Positions 39,405 to 50,107 of a stretch of DNA of 64,000 nt are shown piece by piece; position 1 is the stretch's first letter; each line of letters begins with the position of its first letter. This stretch comes from an uncultured Gammaproteobacteria bacterium. GTDB lineage: Bacteria; Patescibacteriota; Patescibacteriia; Magasanikbacterales; GWA2-37-8. A program made the position numbers and the translations under genes. A model generated the notes under the pieces. It saw nothing but the letters and a program-made list of their open reading frames with translations. It was not told the origin of the DNA and searched no databases. The DNA lies in NCBI GenBank assembly GCA_964535515.1, contig CAZHTA010000005.1, positions 13-64,012 on the forward strand, in the 5' to 3' direction.

Positions 39405-41336
39405 ATGCGTTTTAGATTATTATCATTTTTAGGCTTGTTGTTTGTTTTTGGTGGGTTGGTATTTGTTGGGCCAGTTAAGGTGGTTGAAAATCGTAGTTAT
39501 TTTTATGATGGTATAGATGTTGAAGCGGTGGTGAATCAAGATACTACGGTAGATATTAGAGAAAGGCAATCGTACGTTTTTGTAGGCGAATATCATAAGG
39601 GATGGAGAAGTATTCCTTTGCGTAAAATTGATGCGATTACCAATATTCAGGTTTTAGATGGTGTGACCAATCAACCGTTGACGTATTCTTGGCGTACTTT
39701 AGAAAAAACTGATCCAGCAAGTTGGGGTAAATATACCTACCGTCGTAACGGTGGTAATGTGGAGATTGAATGGTATTACAATGCCAAAGACGAACAAAAG
39801 ACCTGGATAATTGAATACAAAGCGCATGGTGCATTAGAGTTTTTAAAAGATAATGATAGGTTCTATTGGAATTTATTTACTGATTATGAAGTACCAGTAG
39901 AAGCGGCGAGTGTTAAAGTATATTTACCAGAAAATGCTAATTTGTCAGTCGCGGGTTGGGAAATATATCCATCAGGGGGCGTGGCGGCAGTTTCTTCATT
40001 TGACAGTAGTCAGGGTTATTTTTATGCTTCTGGCGAAAATTTTCCTCCTCAGGGCATGTTGACAGTGAATCTTTTCTGGCCAAAGGGAGCGGTAAACCGT
40101 TCAGCATATTGGTCAGATTTTTGGAAATTAAAGTATGGTTATATTATCTCAATATTTTTATTAATATTAACTTTTTCAATTGCTATTATCCGCTGGTTAA
40201 TGGTTGAACGTTTAGTTAAAGGGCGAGGTACAATTGTGCCGCAGTATGAACCACCAAAAGGAATGTCTCCGGCGGAAATGCAAGTAGTGTTAAAAGAGAG
40301 TGTGAATAGTCGAGCGCTGGCAGCGACGATTATAGACTTGGCAGTGAGGGGCTATGTAAAAATTGAAGAAGAGCCACCAACTGCTTGGCATAAAATGTTG
40401 GCGAAAGCAACGGTTGGTCTGTTTGCTGCTATTTTTATCTTACTTTTTATTGGTATTTGGTATTTTGGATCAGGAAATTCTATTAGTTTGTTTTTTGTTG
40501 CAGTAGCAGCGCTTATTTGTTTTATCATATTGCAGAAGTTTAAAACCGGACGTTACGGGCGTGATTATCGAATTGTTAAAACTGAAAAGGATAATAGTGG
40601 TTTAAAGGATTATGAGAAGAAATATTTGGATGCACTTTTTTGGTATGGAAGTGAATATTTTTCTACTCGCGAAATGCGTTCGTCTTCTAGTTCTTCTCGA
40701 GCGGCGGCGATGCAAAAAAATATTTTAGAATTGCGAGAAGATATTTACAAATCAGTTGACCCGGATAACAAGTTTTATGAAGTCTCACCGTTAAAAGAAA
40801 AAATCAAATGGGGTGTTTGGATTTTGTCTGGGATTATTATTGTTATTTGTTTGTCTGCGGGAGGAAGTTGGTTTTTTAGTTTAGCACAATATTGGTACAT
40901 TGTTTTTTCTTTAGTAATATTTGGTTCTTGTTTATTTGTATATTTTAAATACGAAGCTCGTTTAAGTCAGGCGGGTAGAGAGCTTAAAGAAGAGATCTTA
41001 GGCTTTAAAATGTATTTGTATTCTGCCGAACGGTATCGTTTGCAAAATCTTACGCCCGATATTTTCGAGAAGTATTTACCATACGCAATGGTGTTTAAGA
41101 TCGAAAAACAGTGGGCAAAGACTTTTGTTTCGAGAGACGTTAGCCAGCCTTCTTGGTATTATACTGGGTATTATGGTTCGGATTCCTCGGTACCGTCAGT
41201 AGCCACATTTTCGGCTACTGCCTTTAGCGCTAGTTTTGTTTCATCTTTTCCCGCCTCCTTTTCAGGTTGGTCGGGGGGGGGGTGGGGGGGGTTTTGGGGG
41301 GGGGGGGGGGGGGGTGGGGGAGGCGGTGCAAGTTAG
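39405..41336 (+). CDS. DUF2207 membrane protein
   Basis: ATIIDLAVRGYVKI, FEKYLPYAM, PSWY, Gly-rich C-terminus. Confidence 0.88.
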   Translation: MRFRLLSFLGLLFVFGGLVFVGPVKVVENRSYFYDGIDVEAVVNQDTTVDIRERQSYVFVGEYHKGWRSIPLRKIDAITNIQVLDGVTNQPLTYSWRTLEKTDPASWGKYTYRRNGGNVEIEWYYNAKDEQKTWIIEYKAHGALEFLKDNDRFYWNLFTDYEVPVEAASVKVYLPENANLSVAGWEIYPSGGVAAVSSFDSSQGYFYASGENFPPQGMLTVNLFWPKGAVNRSAYWSDFWKLKYGYIISIFLLILTFSIAIIRWLMVERLVKGRGTIVPQYEPPKGMSPAEMQVVLKESVNSRALAATIIDLAVRGYVKIEEEPPTAWHKMLAKATVGLFAAIFILLFIGIWYFGSGNSISLFFVAVAALICFIILQKFKTGRYGRDYRIVKTEKDNSGLKDYEKKYLDALFWYGSEYFSTREMRSSSSSSRAAAMQKNILELREDIYKSVDPDNKFYEVSPLKEKIKWGVWILSGIIIVICLSAGGSWFFSLAQYWYIVFSLVIFGSCLFVYFKYEARLSQAGRELKEEILGFKMYLYSAERYRLQNLTPDIFEKYLPYAMVFKIEKQWAKTFVSRDVSQPSWYYTGYYGSDSSVPSVATFSATAFSASFVSSFPASFSGWSGGGWGGFWGGGGGGGGGGAS

Positions 41337-41397
41337 AATTGACTAGTAAGCGGTTTTGAGTTAAAATTCTTCTGTTTTATACTTGCTTGTAATTTCT

Positions 41398-41468
41398 GCC
41401 CTCTTTGTTCAGTGGTAGAACAGTGGTATCGTAAACCACAAACATCAGTTCGATTCTGATAGAGGGCT
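41398..41468 (+). tRNA. tRNA-Thr(CGT)
   Basis: GCCCTCT acceptor, GTGGT-ATCGTAA-ACCAC anticodon arm, ATCAG-TTCGATT-CTGAT T arm. Confidence 0.92.
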
Positions 41469-41689
41469 CATTTAAAATTTCGCTTAATAGCGGAGTTTTT
41501 TATTTTCCACAAACCCTTGCTTTTTTTGTTGTTTATGATAGGGTTATTAAAGAAATTTGGGAATATATTTCCCTTAATTTGCATTTGCACGCTCGTGCAA
41601 ATGTTGACCGATATTTGACAATTCATTACGGAAACGGAAGAGGGAGTTAGTGCTAGTGCTGGAGCGAAAACTGTTTGGGGGAGGAATAG

Positions 41690-42943
41690 ATGTTGATTCC
41701 ACGCGAACGCATGCTCGAAAGGTTCATGCGCTACGTGCGCATGGACACCCAGTCGGTTGAGGGAGCGGAGTGCTACCCCTCGACCGAGAAGCAGAAGACC
41801 TTGCTGCGGCTGTTGGTCGACGAACTGAAGGCGCTGGGCCTCGCCGATGCGGCCATGGACGAGTGGGGCTACGTCTTCGCGACGTTGCCGTCGAACTTGC
41901 CGGCCGACCAGGCCGCCAAGTTGCCGGCCATCGGTTTCTTGGCGCACGTCGACACGTCGCCGGAAACGAGCGGCACGGACGTGAAGCCGGTGATCTGGAG
42001 GCACTACGATGCGGGCACCAACCTCGTGTTGCCCGGCGACCATTCCCAGGTGATCACCTGGGACGGTAACCCCGTGCTGCAGCGATACGTCGGGCAGGAC
42101 ATCATCACCAGCGACGGCACCACCCTGCTGAGCGCGGATGATAAGGCGGGCATCGCCGAAATCATGACCGCCATCGAGGTGCTGTTGGCGAATCCTGACA
42201 TCCCGCGCCCCACCATCCGTGTGGCGTTCACGCCCGACGAAGAGGTCGGTATGGGTACTGCCCATTTCGATCTCGCGAAGTTCGGCGTGCAGGCCGCCTA
42301 TACCCTCGACGGCGGCGAAATCGGTGAGGTTGAATGCGAGACATTCAACGCTTACCTCGCGACCTTCACGGTCGTCGGCAACAACTGCCACCCCGGCTAC
42401 GCCAAGGGGAAGATGGTCAACGCCATTCGTCCCATGGCAGCTATCGTCGAGGCCTTGTCCGACCAGCCTGCACCCGAGACCACCGAGGGTCGCCAGGCTT
42501 ACCTGCACCCGTACGATCTCAAGGGTGAAGTTGCCAAGGCTACGCTCAAGGTGCTCATCCGCAGCTTCGATGAAGCAGGTATCGAGTCGCGCAAGATGTT
42601 CCTCGCGGGCGTGCGCGATCGCGTAGCGGCGGCGTTCCCTCAGGCGAACATCGTTCTCGAGATGGTCGAGCAGTACAAGAACATGAAGGTCTACGTGGAT
42701 CAGGATCCGCGTGTCATGGCCTTCGCCACGGAAGCCATCATCAAGGCTGGTCTCCAGCCGATCACACGCGAGATCCGCGGCGGTACGGATGGCTCGAAGT
42801 TGTCCGAGAAAGGACTGCCTTGCCCCAACCTGTTCGCGGGTGGGCACAACTTCCACTCGAAGTTGGAGTTCATCCCGGTGCAGTCTATGGAGAAGGCCGT
42901 GGAGGTCGTGGTCTACCTGGTCGAGCGCTGGGCCAACGCCTGA
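41690..42943 (+). CDS. pepT: Peptidase T (M20 tripeptidase), GC-rich islet G
   Basis: AHVDT, SADDKAG, FTPDEEVG, HPGYAKGKMVNA, IRGGTDG, HNFHS; SD GGAGG. Confidence 0.95.
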   Translation: MLIPRERMLERFMRYVRMDTQSVEGAECYPSTEKQKTLLRLLVDELKALGLADAAMDEWGYVFATLPSNLPADQAAKLPAIGFLAHVDTSPETSGTDVKPVIWRHYDAGTNLVLPGDHSQVITWDGNPVLQRYVGQDIITSDGTTLLSADDKAGIAEIMTAIEVLLANPDIPRPTIRVAFTPDEEVGMGTAHFDLAKFGVQAAYTLDGGEIGEVECETFNAYLATFTVVGNNCHPGYAKGKMVNAIRPMAAIVEALSDQPAPETTEGRQAYLHPYDLKGEVAKATLKVLIRSFDEAGIESRKMFLAGVRDRVAAAFPQANIVLEMVEQYKNMKVYVDQDPRVMAFATEAIIKAGLQPITREIRGGTDGSKLSEKGLPCPNLFAGGHNFHSKLEFIPVQSMEKAVEVVVYLVERWANA

Positions 42944-43198
42944 TCATCCCGTCTCAGCCGTTTCTGGCTAAACACTTACCACATTGGAGGGAAATGGTGT
43001 GGCACAGTGCGATTCATTCGCCAAGCTATTCCCCTCTAAATGAAGATTTTGATTTAAGTCTTTATTTAGAGGATAGTTTGGAAATATTAATAAGACCATT
43101 TGTATAAATTACGAGTGGTTTTTTATTTATACACATCCTTTGGTTTGGTAGGTTTTCTACTTCTCCTTTTTTGTGATATAATTTAAATACTATCGCTT

Positions 43199-43879
43199 AT
43201 GATTAAATTACAGGGAGTAACCAAACTTTATACCACTACCTCAATTGCCTTGAGGGATATTAGTATTAATATTGGGGCGGGGGAGTTTGTTTCTATTATC
43301 GGACAAAGTGGTAGTGGTAAAACTACGTTAGCTAAACTTTTGATTGCGGAAGAGCGACCGACTAAAGGGGTCATTCATATTGGTGATTGGGATCTAACAA
43401 AAATCACTTCTAATGAAATTCCTTTTTTACGTCGTCAGATCGGAATGATTTTTCAGGATTACAAACTTTTACCAAAGAAAACTGTTTATGAAAACGTTTC
43501 TTTTGCGTTAGAGGTTTCCGGAGAAGATAGTCATCGTATTAATCAGGTGGTTCCGCAGCTGCTCGAGATTGTTGGTTTGTCAAAAAAACATGACCGTTAT
43601 CCTTTTCAGTTATCTGGTGGTGAACAACAGCGTGTGGCGATCGCTCGTTCGCTAGCGCATCGTCCAAAGATTATCGTAGCGGATGAACCAACTGGTAATT
43701 TGGATACAATTAACACTGAAGAGATAATTCAAATTTTGAAAAAAATTAACGAGTTTGGTACTACGGTTATGTTGTTAACACATAATCGCGAAGTGGTTAA
43801 CAGTCTGCGTCGGAGAGTAATTACTTTACATGGTGGTGAGATTATTATGGATCAAAGTGAGGGTAAATATGTGCTTTAA
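43199..43879 (+). CDS. ftsE: Cell division ATPase FtsE
   Basis: [32 protein letters not shown]; adjacent to ftsX. Confidence 0.92.
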   Translation: MIKLQGVTKLYTTTSIALRDISINIGAGEFVSIIGQSGSGKTTLAKLLIAEERPTKGVIHIGDWDLTKITSNEIPFLRRQIGMIFQDYKLLPKKTVYENVSFALEVSGEDSHRINQVVPQLLEIVGLSKKHDRYPFQLSGGEQQRVAIARSLAHRPKIIVADEPTGNLDTINTEEIIQILKKINEFGTTVMLLTHNREVVNSLRRRVITLHGGEIIMDQSEGKYVL

Positions 43880-43882
43880 AAT

Positions 43883-44791
43883 ATGATATCATTTTGGCGA
43901 GTGTTAAAATTTGCGTTTCAAGATTTAGGCCGTAATTTAGGCATGTCTTTCATGACAGTTTTTATTTTAGTCTTGATGTTGTTGTCTTTTAATACTCTCT
44001 GGTCAGTGGAAATCTTAACTAAACAGGCGGTTAGCACAGTTAAGGATCAAATTAATGTTAGTATATATTTTTCGGCTGATGCTAAAGATAAAGAGGTGGA
44101 GGATACCAAAAGTTATCTTTCTGGTTTCCCTGAAGTAGTTCAGGTTGATTTGCGTAGTCGTGAAGAAGTGTTGCAGCTTTTTAAAGATCGCCATAGTTTA
44201 AGTAAGGAAGTTTTGCAGGCATTAGAAGAGTTGGGTGGTAATCCTTTTGGTCCAACTGTAATTGTAAAAACAAAAGAACCGGGGGATTACAAAAAGATTG
44301 TAGAGGCACTGAACGCTCCAGAGTACAAAGATTTGATTGAAGCCAAAAGTTTTGATGAGCATGCAGATGCGATTGATAAGATTCAGAATATTACTAACCG
44401 AATCGAAGGGGCGGGGATGGGTTTAACTATTTTGTTTGCTCTAATTTCATTTTTAGTTATCTTTAACACTGTGAGGGTGGCAATTAACAGCCAGCGGTTT
44501 GAGATTGGAATCAAGCGGTTAGTGGGGGCAAGTAATTGGTTTATTCGTGGCCCGTATTTGATCGTTTCAGTAGTCTTAACTTTGGTTAGTGTGGGTATTA
44601 CGGCAATTATCCTTAAATTTGCTTTAAAATGGGTGGATCACTATTTATCCGTGGTCTTTTCTGGTGGATTCTCCTTGACAAATTATTACAATTCGCATAT
44701 TCTGTACGTGTTTGGCGTGCAGATTATAGTGGTCCTGGTTTTGACAGTGGCTTCTAGTATCCTAGCAATGCGCCGACAGTTGAAGATATAA
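43883..44791 (+). CDS. ftsX: Cell division permease FtsX
   Basis: 4 TM segments, NTVRVAI, LVGASNWFIRGPY. Confidence 0.9.
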   Translation: MISFWRVLKFAFQDLGRNLGMSFMTVFILVLMLLSFNTLWSVEILTKQAVSTVKDQINVSIYFSADAKDKEVEDTKSYLSGFPEVVQVDLRSREEVLQLFKDRHSLSKEVLQALEELGGNPFGPTVIVKTKEPGDYKKIVEALNAPEYKDLIEAKSFDEHADAIDKIQNITNRIEGAGMGLTILFALISFLVIFNTVRVAINSQRFEIGIKRLVGASNWFIRGPYLIVSVVLTLVSVGITAIILKFALKWVDHYLSVVFSGGFSLTNYYNSHILYVFGVQIIVVLVLTVASSILAMRRQLKI

Positions 44792-44810
44792 AATGCAATT
44801 TTATAAATAT

Positions 44811-44881
44811 TCGGGGATCGTCTAATGGCAGGACAGCGCCCTTTGAAGGCGCTTATCTTGGTTCGAATCCAAGTCCCCGAA
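44811..44881 (+). tRNA. tRNA-Gln(TTG)
   Basis: TCGGGGA acceptor, GCGCC-CTTTGAA-GGCGC anticodon arm, CTTGG-TTCGAAT-CCAAG T arm. Confidence 0.93.
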
Positions 44882-44883
44882 CT

Positions 44884-45144
44884 ATGTGGTTACTTTTCTT
44901 CGTAGGTATAGTAGAAATGGTGATTATTACCGCCTGGACTAAGGTGGTTTCTGATACCAAGGTTATAGCGAGTGGAGTTATAACTGTGATTAATATCATT
45001 ATTTGGTATTATGTTTTGCGTATATTCGTAGAGAATATTGAAAATATTTACTTTTTAGTTGTTTATATTGCTGGTTGTGCTTTAGGCACCATGGTTACCA
45101 CTTATTATTACAAACAGCAAGAAAAAAAGAATGTTATAAAATAA
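44884..45144 (+). CDS. Small 3-TM membrane protein (DUF5698/DUF2179-like)
   Basis: Hydrophobic, with YIAGCALGT motif. Confidence 0.6.
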   Translation: MWLLFFVGIVEMVIITAWTKVVSDTKVIASGVITVINIIIWYYVLRIFVENIENIYFLVVYIAGCALGTMVTTYYYKQQEKKNVIK

Positions 45145-45331
45145 TAGCTTAACCAAGCTGTTATTTTTTTATACCTGAATGGGATATTGTGATTATTACA
45201 GTCTCTGTTTAAACAAAAAATCACTTTATAATAAGTGGTTTGATGTTTGTTTAAATGAATCTGTGTGGAACCGGCGCGCCTATCCACACAGAGGCGGAAG
45301 AAGTGCGCCGGGTCCTAGGCCTTGTACGTCG

Positions 45332-45586
45332 TCACGCGGTCTTCTGCTCGGGGTAGTACCCCGTGTCGAACATCGCGTCGATGATGTCCGCCGGCACCAC
45401 GTCCTCCATGCGGATGAACGGTCCCGGCGGTGGGAGGTAGATTCCTCGCTTCCTCTCGAATCCAACAGCCAGGAGGAGGCTGCGGAATTCGTCGCATGCG
45501 GGCACGGGCACCGCCATGTCGTTGACATCGACTGCGATTGCGCCGATAGGATCGTTCGGTTCGAAGAGGTTCGTGGCGTCGTCCAT
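45332..45586 (-). CDS. 84-aa acidic GC-rich orphan protein (islet H)
   Basis: SD GGAGG 6 nt before ATG (MDDATNLFEP...); TTGACT at 45638-45643 (minus strand). Confidence 0.7.
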   Translation of the reverse strand: MDDATNLFEPNDPIGAIAVDVNDMAVPVPACDEFRSLLLAVGFERKRGIYLPPPGPFIRMEDVVPADIIDAMFDTGYYPEQKTA

Positions 45587-45735
45587 GACACCCTCCAAAA
45601 AAGTTACTAATAGTAGACTGTCATATTTTATCAACAAAGTCAATATTTAGTCTAATAATTTTATTGTTTTCCATGGTGTGGAATGGTGTAAGTAAGGTTG
45701 CTTTAAACCTTGTTTTTTGTTAAAATATTAATACT

Positions 45736-46437
45736 ATGAATAAAATTGAAATTGTTTTTAATAACCAAAAAATTAAGGGTATTTGGCGTGATGAGGCAGA
45801 CGAGAGTGTTTGGGCGGAAATATTTAAATGGCGTGAATATCGCATCGCTGAGGAAATAATAAAAAGCGAGGGTGCAGTGGTTTTAGATGTCGGTGCTCAT
45901 GCCGGTTTTTTTGCTTTGTATTGTTTGTCTTTAAATGGTACTGTCAAAATTTTTAGTGTTGAGCCAGAAGAGAATAATTTGGCAACAATGAAAGATAATT
46001 TGAAATTAAACGATAGCCTTAAAAAAGTCTCTGTTATTCCGGGCGCGCTTTCATTGGTTGAAGGCGAGTGTTTTTTAAAGGTTTCCGAAGATAATCACAA
46101 TCACCATCTTTTGGGTAATGATGAAAATGATGAAGGTGTAGTTAAAGTGGCAGGTTTTAGCTTGCTTGGCTTGTTAAAGAAGAATAAGGTTAAAAAGATT
46201 GATTTATTAAAAATGGACATTGAGGGCGGGGAATTTGATTTAATAGAAAGTTGGGGGGCAGAGGAGTGGGGGGTAATATCTAATTTAATCTTTGAATATC
46301 ACGAAACCTCTAATCATAAAAAAGAGACCTTACTAGAAGTTTTACGTCAGAGTGGTTTTGGTGTACAGGTGTTTCCTTCCAAATTTGATAAAACAATGGG
46401 AATAATTTTTGCTAATAACAAAAGAATTAAAAAATAA
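45736..46437 (+). CDS. FkbM family methyltransferase
   Basis: VLDVGAHAG, SVEP, IDLLKMDIEGGE. Confidence 0.9.
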   Translation: MNKIEIVFNNQKIKGIWRDEADESVWAEIFKWREYRIAEEIIKSEGAVVLDVGAHAGFFALYCLSLNGTVKIFSVEPEENNLATMKDNLKLNDSLKKVSVIPGALSLVEGECFLKVSEDNHNHHLLGNDENDEGVVKVAGFSLLGLLKKNKVKKIDLLKMDIEGGEFDLIESWGAEEWGVISNLIFEYHETSNHKKETLLEVLRQSGFGVQVFPSKFDKTMGIIFANNKRIKK

Positions 46438-46441
46438 CAAT

Positions 46442-47770
46442 ATGGACCACGAAGCTTGGGTAGTTGCAGTGGATATGGGTTACGGCCATCAGCGCGCCGC
46501 TTACCCTTTGCGCCATTTGTCTCCTACTGGTAAAGTAATTATTGCTAATAATTACGAAGGTATCCCTAAAAGCGATCGTTTGGTTTGGAAAAAGTCACAA
46601 GATTTTTATGAGTTTTTTTCTCGTACCAAAACTTGGCCAATAATTGGCAATTGGATGTTCAAGACTTTTATTGATAATCCACAACGTATTAGTAAGTTTT
46701 ACCCACGACGTGATTTATCTAAACCGAATTTTCAGTTGAGCTACAATTATCGTTTGATTAAAGCTGGATGGGGGAAGGATTTAATTAATTTTTTTAATAA
46801 AAAAGACATCCCTCTCATCACCACTTTCTTTGCGGTTGCTTTTTTTGCAGCAGAACACAAGTTTAAAAATGAGATTTACTGTGTTGTTTGTGATAGCGAT
46901 TGTAGTCGTACTTGGGCGCCACTTAACCCTTCTAAGAGCCGAATAAAATATCTTGCGCCTTGTCGTCGGGTAGTGGAACGGTTAAAACTTTATGGTGTAC
47001 CAGAAAAGAATATATTTTTGACTGGTTTTCCTTTGCCTGAAGAAAATTTAGGGGGCAAGAGTTTGGGTATTTTAAAAGCTGATTTAGCAGAGCGCATCGT
47101 TAATCTTGACCCTGATCGCCACTATCGTCAGAAGTATATGGGTACAGTAAAACAGTTTTTGCAGGGAGTAAAAGAAGATGAGCGCCACGTGCATCCTTTA
47201 ACTTTAACGTTTGCAGTAGGTGGAGCGGGTGCGCAGCGTAATTTGGCTTTAACAATCTTAGGAAGTTTAAAGGAAAAGATATTAAACCATGAGATTAATT
47301 TGAATTTAGTTGCTGGTTCTAGAAATGATGTATATTTATACTTCAAACATCAGGCGGAAAAAATGGGGTTAGACAAGAATTTAGGGGATAATCTGAATAT
47401 TATTTTTGCTGTTGATAAGGAAGATTATTTTGCTATGTTTAATGAAGTTTTGCGTACTACTGATATTTTGTGGACAAAACCAAGTGAGTTGGTGTTTTAT
47501 ACCGCTTTAGGATTGCCGGTTATTATCGCTCCACCTTTGGGTTCACAAGAGGATTTTAACAAGATTTGGCTTAAGACAATTGGGGCTGGTATTTCTCAGG
47601 GCGACCAAAATTATGCGAACGAGTGGTTATTTGATTGGATAAAGAGTGGCTGGTTGGCGGAAGCAGCGATGGCTGGGTTTTTGGATGGTCGTCAATTTGG
47701 TGTGCAAAATATGGTTGATGTAGTTTTCCATGGCGTTACTGAACCAGCTAAGGATTATCAGTTGTTATAG
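46442..47770 (+). CDS. GT-B glycosyltransferase-like protein (UgtP/MGDG synthase-like)
   Basis: DMGYGHQRAA, LTGFPL, LWTKPSE, GSQE..N. Confidence 0.65.
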   Translation: MDHEAWVVAVDMGYGHQRAAYPLRHLSPTGKVIIANNYEGIPKSDRLVWKKSQDFYEFFSRTKTWPIIGNWMFKTFIDNPQRISKFYPRRDLSKPNFQLSYNYRLIKAGWGKDLINFFNKKDIPLITTFFAVAFFAAEHKFKNEIYCVVCDSDCSRTWAPLNPSKSRIKYLAPCRRVVERLKLYGVPEKNIFLTGFPLPEENLGGKSLGILKADLAERIVNLDPDRHYRQKYMGTVKQFLQGVKEDERHVHPLTLTFAVGGAGAQRNLALTILGSLKEKILNHEINLNLVAGSRNDVYLYFKHQAEKMGLDKNLGDNLNIIFAVDKEDYFAMFNEVLRTTDILWTKPSELVFYTALGLPVIIAPPLGSQEDFNKIWLKTIGAGISQGDQNYANEWLFDWIKSGWLAEAAMAGFLDGRQFGVQNMVDVVFHGVTEPAKDYQLL

Positions 47771-47930
47771 GGAATGTTTATTGTGTTGTATTAAATCAAA
47801 ATACCGGTTTCAGCCGGTATTTTGATTTGGAGAAATATATTTTTTGGTATGTTGTGATACAAGATATTTTTTCTTTACGTATTTTGTGGTATAATTATAT
47901 TAGTTACTTTTTGTTTCAAACAATCAAACT

Positions 47931-49610
47931 ATGGACAATATCTTTTTACAGATGACAGCGTTGCTCGGGATCACCGTCGGCGTGTCTTTTTTGATTCGTT
48001 TGTTACGCCAACCGTTAATTATTGCCTATATTATTACGGGGATTGCTTGCGGGCCACTTTTCCTTAATCTTTTGCGTGGGCAGGAGGCAACATACAATAT
48101 TTTTGCTCAATTTGGTGTTGTTTTGCTTTTGTTTATTATTGGTTTGAACTTGAATGTTCACCATTTAAAACATATTGGGAAAATTTCTGTGATAGCTGGC
48201 TTTGCTCAGTTTTTCTTTACAGCAATAATTGGGACACTTCTTTTATTAACATTTAAATTGAGTCTGGTAACGGCATTGTTTTTGGCAGTAGCGATTACTT
48301 TTTCAAGTACGATCATTATAATGCGTCTGTTGACTGACAAGAAGGACACGGAGACTATTTATGGCAAACACACGGTTGGTTTGCTCCTGGTTCAGGATAT
48401 TATTGCTATTTTGATTATGATTTTCTTGGGCGTACTAAAGAGTGGCGGTAACGATCAATTAACTTATACTTTAGTTATTTTATTTGTTAAAGGGGTTTTT
48501 GCGGTAATAGCAGTTGTTGTTTTGTCAAAATACTTGTTGCCAACTATTTTAGAGAAAGTTTCTGGTTCAAGTGAATTATTATTTATTTTTACAATTGCTT
48601 GGTGTTTTGGTCTGTCGAGCTTGTTATTCTTACTTGGTTTTTCTTTGGAGATTGGGGCAATTGCCGCTGGTTTATCGCTTAGTACTTCTCCATATCAACC
48701 GCAAATTATCAGTCGTCTTAAGCCGTTGCGGGATTTCTTTTTAGTTTTATTTTTTATCGTACTTGGAAGTACGATGAGCGTTTCTTCTTTTTCATCAATT
48801 TGGTTACCGGGCATTATTTTGTCTTTATTTATTTTAATCGGTAATCCGCTTATCTTGTATTTTGTATTTCGGAGCCTTAGCTTTACCAGAAGAAACAGTT
48901 TTTTGATTGGTTTAGCGGCCGCTCAAGTTAGTGAATTTGGTTTTATTATACTTTTTACTGGTGAACAAACCGGACACGTAGTTGGTCAAGAAGTGGCAAT
49001 TTTTACCTTTGTTGCCTTGGTAACAATATTTTTCTCTTCATATTTGATAATTTACAATGAGAGGATTTATCAGTGGATGTTGCCTTGGTTTAAACTATTT
49101 GGGCCAGATAAATATTTAGATAAACGCCACAAACATTTGCCACTTTATGATGTTTGGGTAATTGGGTATCATCGTATTGGTTATAGTATTTGTGAGGCGC
49201 TTTTGGCAATTAAAGCCAAGTTTGTGGTAATTGACTTTGATCCAGCGGCGATTAAAAAAATACATACAAAAAATATTCCTGCCATTTTTGGTGATGTAGC
49301 AGATATTGAATTTTTAGAAGATTTGAAATTTAAAAATACTAAATTGGTTGTTATGACTATTCCGGCAGCCGATGATCAGGTTAATATGATAAAGCATTTG
49401 TCGGCTATTAAAAGCGATGCGATAATTATTGCTAATGCGTACCACCGAGTTGATGCAGAATTGTTATATCGTGCTGGTGCACATTATGTTTTGATGCCAT
49501 ATATTTTAGGTGGTGATTGGGCGGCTAATATATTAAAAGGACAAAAATGGACTAAAAAGAATTTTGAGAAATTGAAGGTAGAGCAGAAAAAGATATTGAG
49601 TTTAAAGTAA
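47931..49610 (+). CDS. CPA2 (Kef-type) cation:proton antiporter with TrkA-N domain
   Basis: FSSTII, LVQD, LRDFF, QVSEF, GYHRIG, FGD. Confidence 0.92.
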   Translation: MDNIFLQMTALLGITVGVSFLIRLLRQPLIIAYIITGIACGPLFLNLLRGQEATYNIFAQFGVVLLLFIIGLNLNVHHLKHIGKISVIAGFAQFFFTAIIGTLLLLTFKLSLVTALFLAVAITFSSTIIIMRLLTDKKDTETIYGKHTVGLLLVQDIIAILIMIFLGVLKSGGNDQLTYTLVILFVKGVFAVIAVVVLSKYLLPTILEKVSGSSELLFIFTIAWCFGLSSLLFLLGFSLEIGAIAAGLSLSTSPYQPQIISRLKPLRDFFLVLFFIVLGSTMSVSSFSSIWLPGIILSLFILIGNPLILYFVFRSLSFTRRNSFLIGLAAAQVSEFGFIILFTGEQTGHVVGQEVAIFTFVALVTIFFSSYLIIYNERIYQWMLPWFKLFGPDKYLDKRHKHLPLYDVWVIGYHRIGYSICEALLAIKAKFVVIDFDPAAIKKIHTKNIPAIFGDVADIEFLEDLKFKNTKLVVMTIPAADDQVNMIKHLSAIKSDAIIIANAYHRVDAELLYRAGAHYVLMPYILGGDWAANILKGQKWTKKNFEKLKVEQKKILSLK

Positions 49611-49663
49611 ATTGTAGATATTAAAAAATTCCGATTAAAATCGGAATTTTTTTGTATTTGCGT

Positions 49664-50107
49664 TTATTGTAAATTAGCTACAAAGTAAGGGGTCAAATAT
49701 TGTTTTTTGTCAGGGCTATGTTTAAGATTAAATATTTGAGTACCATCTTTGCCGCAATTGCGTATTATTTTTTCTGGACCACCTGGGTGTTGTGGAATGT
49801 ATGATGTGACATTGTATATTTTTCCGTCAATTACCATCCAGCAATCATTAGCGTTATTATGTTTGCTTACTTCAGCCAAGTTGTACACCACAGTATTTTG
49901 TTTTGGTGCTGCGGTAGGTGTTGGTGCAACGATGGTTGGAGGAGGAGTGTTCGATGGCGCAACATTTTGTGTAGTAGTTGTGCTTTCTGTTGGAACAACT
50001 ACTTTGGTGGGTGTTTGAGCTATTTGTTGAGTTGTTGTGCCGCAGCCACTTAAGAATATGGTTGTAAATGCAATTAAGGTAAGTATTTTAAAATGAGAAT
50101 TTTTCAT
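49664..50107 (-). CDS. Cytochrome b5-like heme-binding lipoprotein
   Basis: Lipobox LSGC, Thr/Pro linker, KHNNANDCW, HPGG, GKDGT. Confidence 0.9.
   Translation of the reverse strand: MKNSHFKILTLIAFTTIFLSGCGTTTQQIAQTPTKVVVPTESTTTTQNVAPSNTPPPTIVAPTPTAAPKQNTVVYNLAEVSKHNNANDCWMVIDGKIYNVTSYIPQHPGGPEKIIRNCGKDGTQIFNLKHSPDKKQYLTPYFVANLQ

Noticed and set aside
41270-41330. Poly-G tract as a G-quadruplex or phase-variation site
   Set aside because: It encodes the usual Gly-rich DUF2207 tail, and the pure G runs may be a base-calling artefact.
41468-42856. 462-aa minus-strand ORF and other long overlapping ORFs within the GC islets
   Set aside because: These are shadow ORFs caused by high GC. The opposite strand carries pepT or the SD-led genes.
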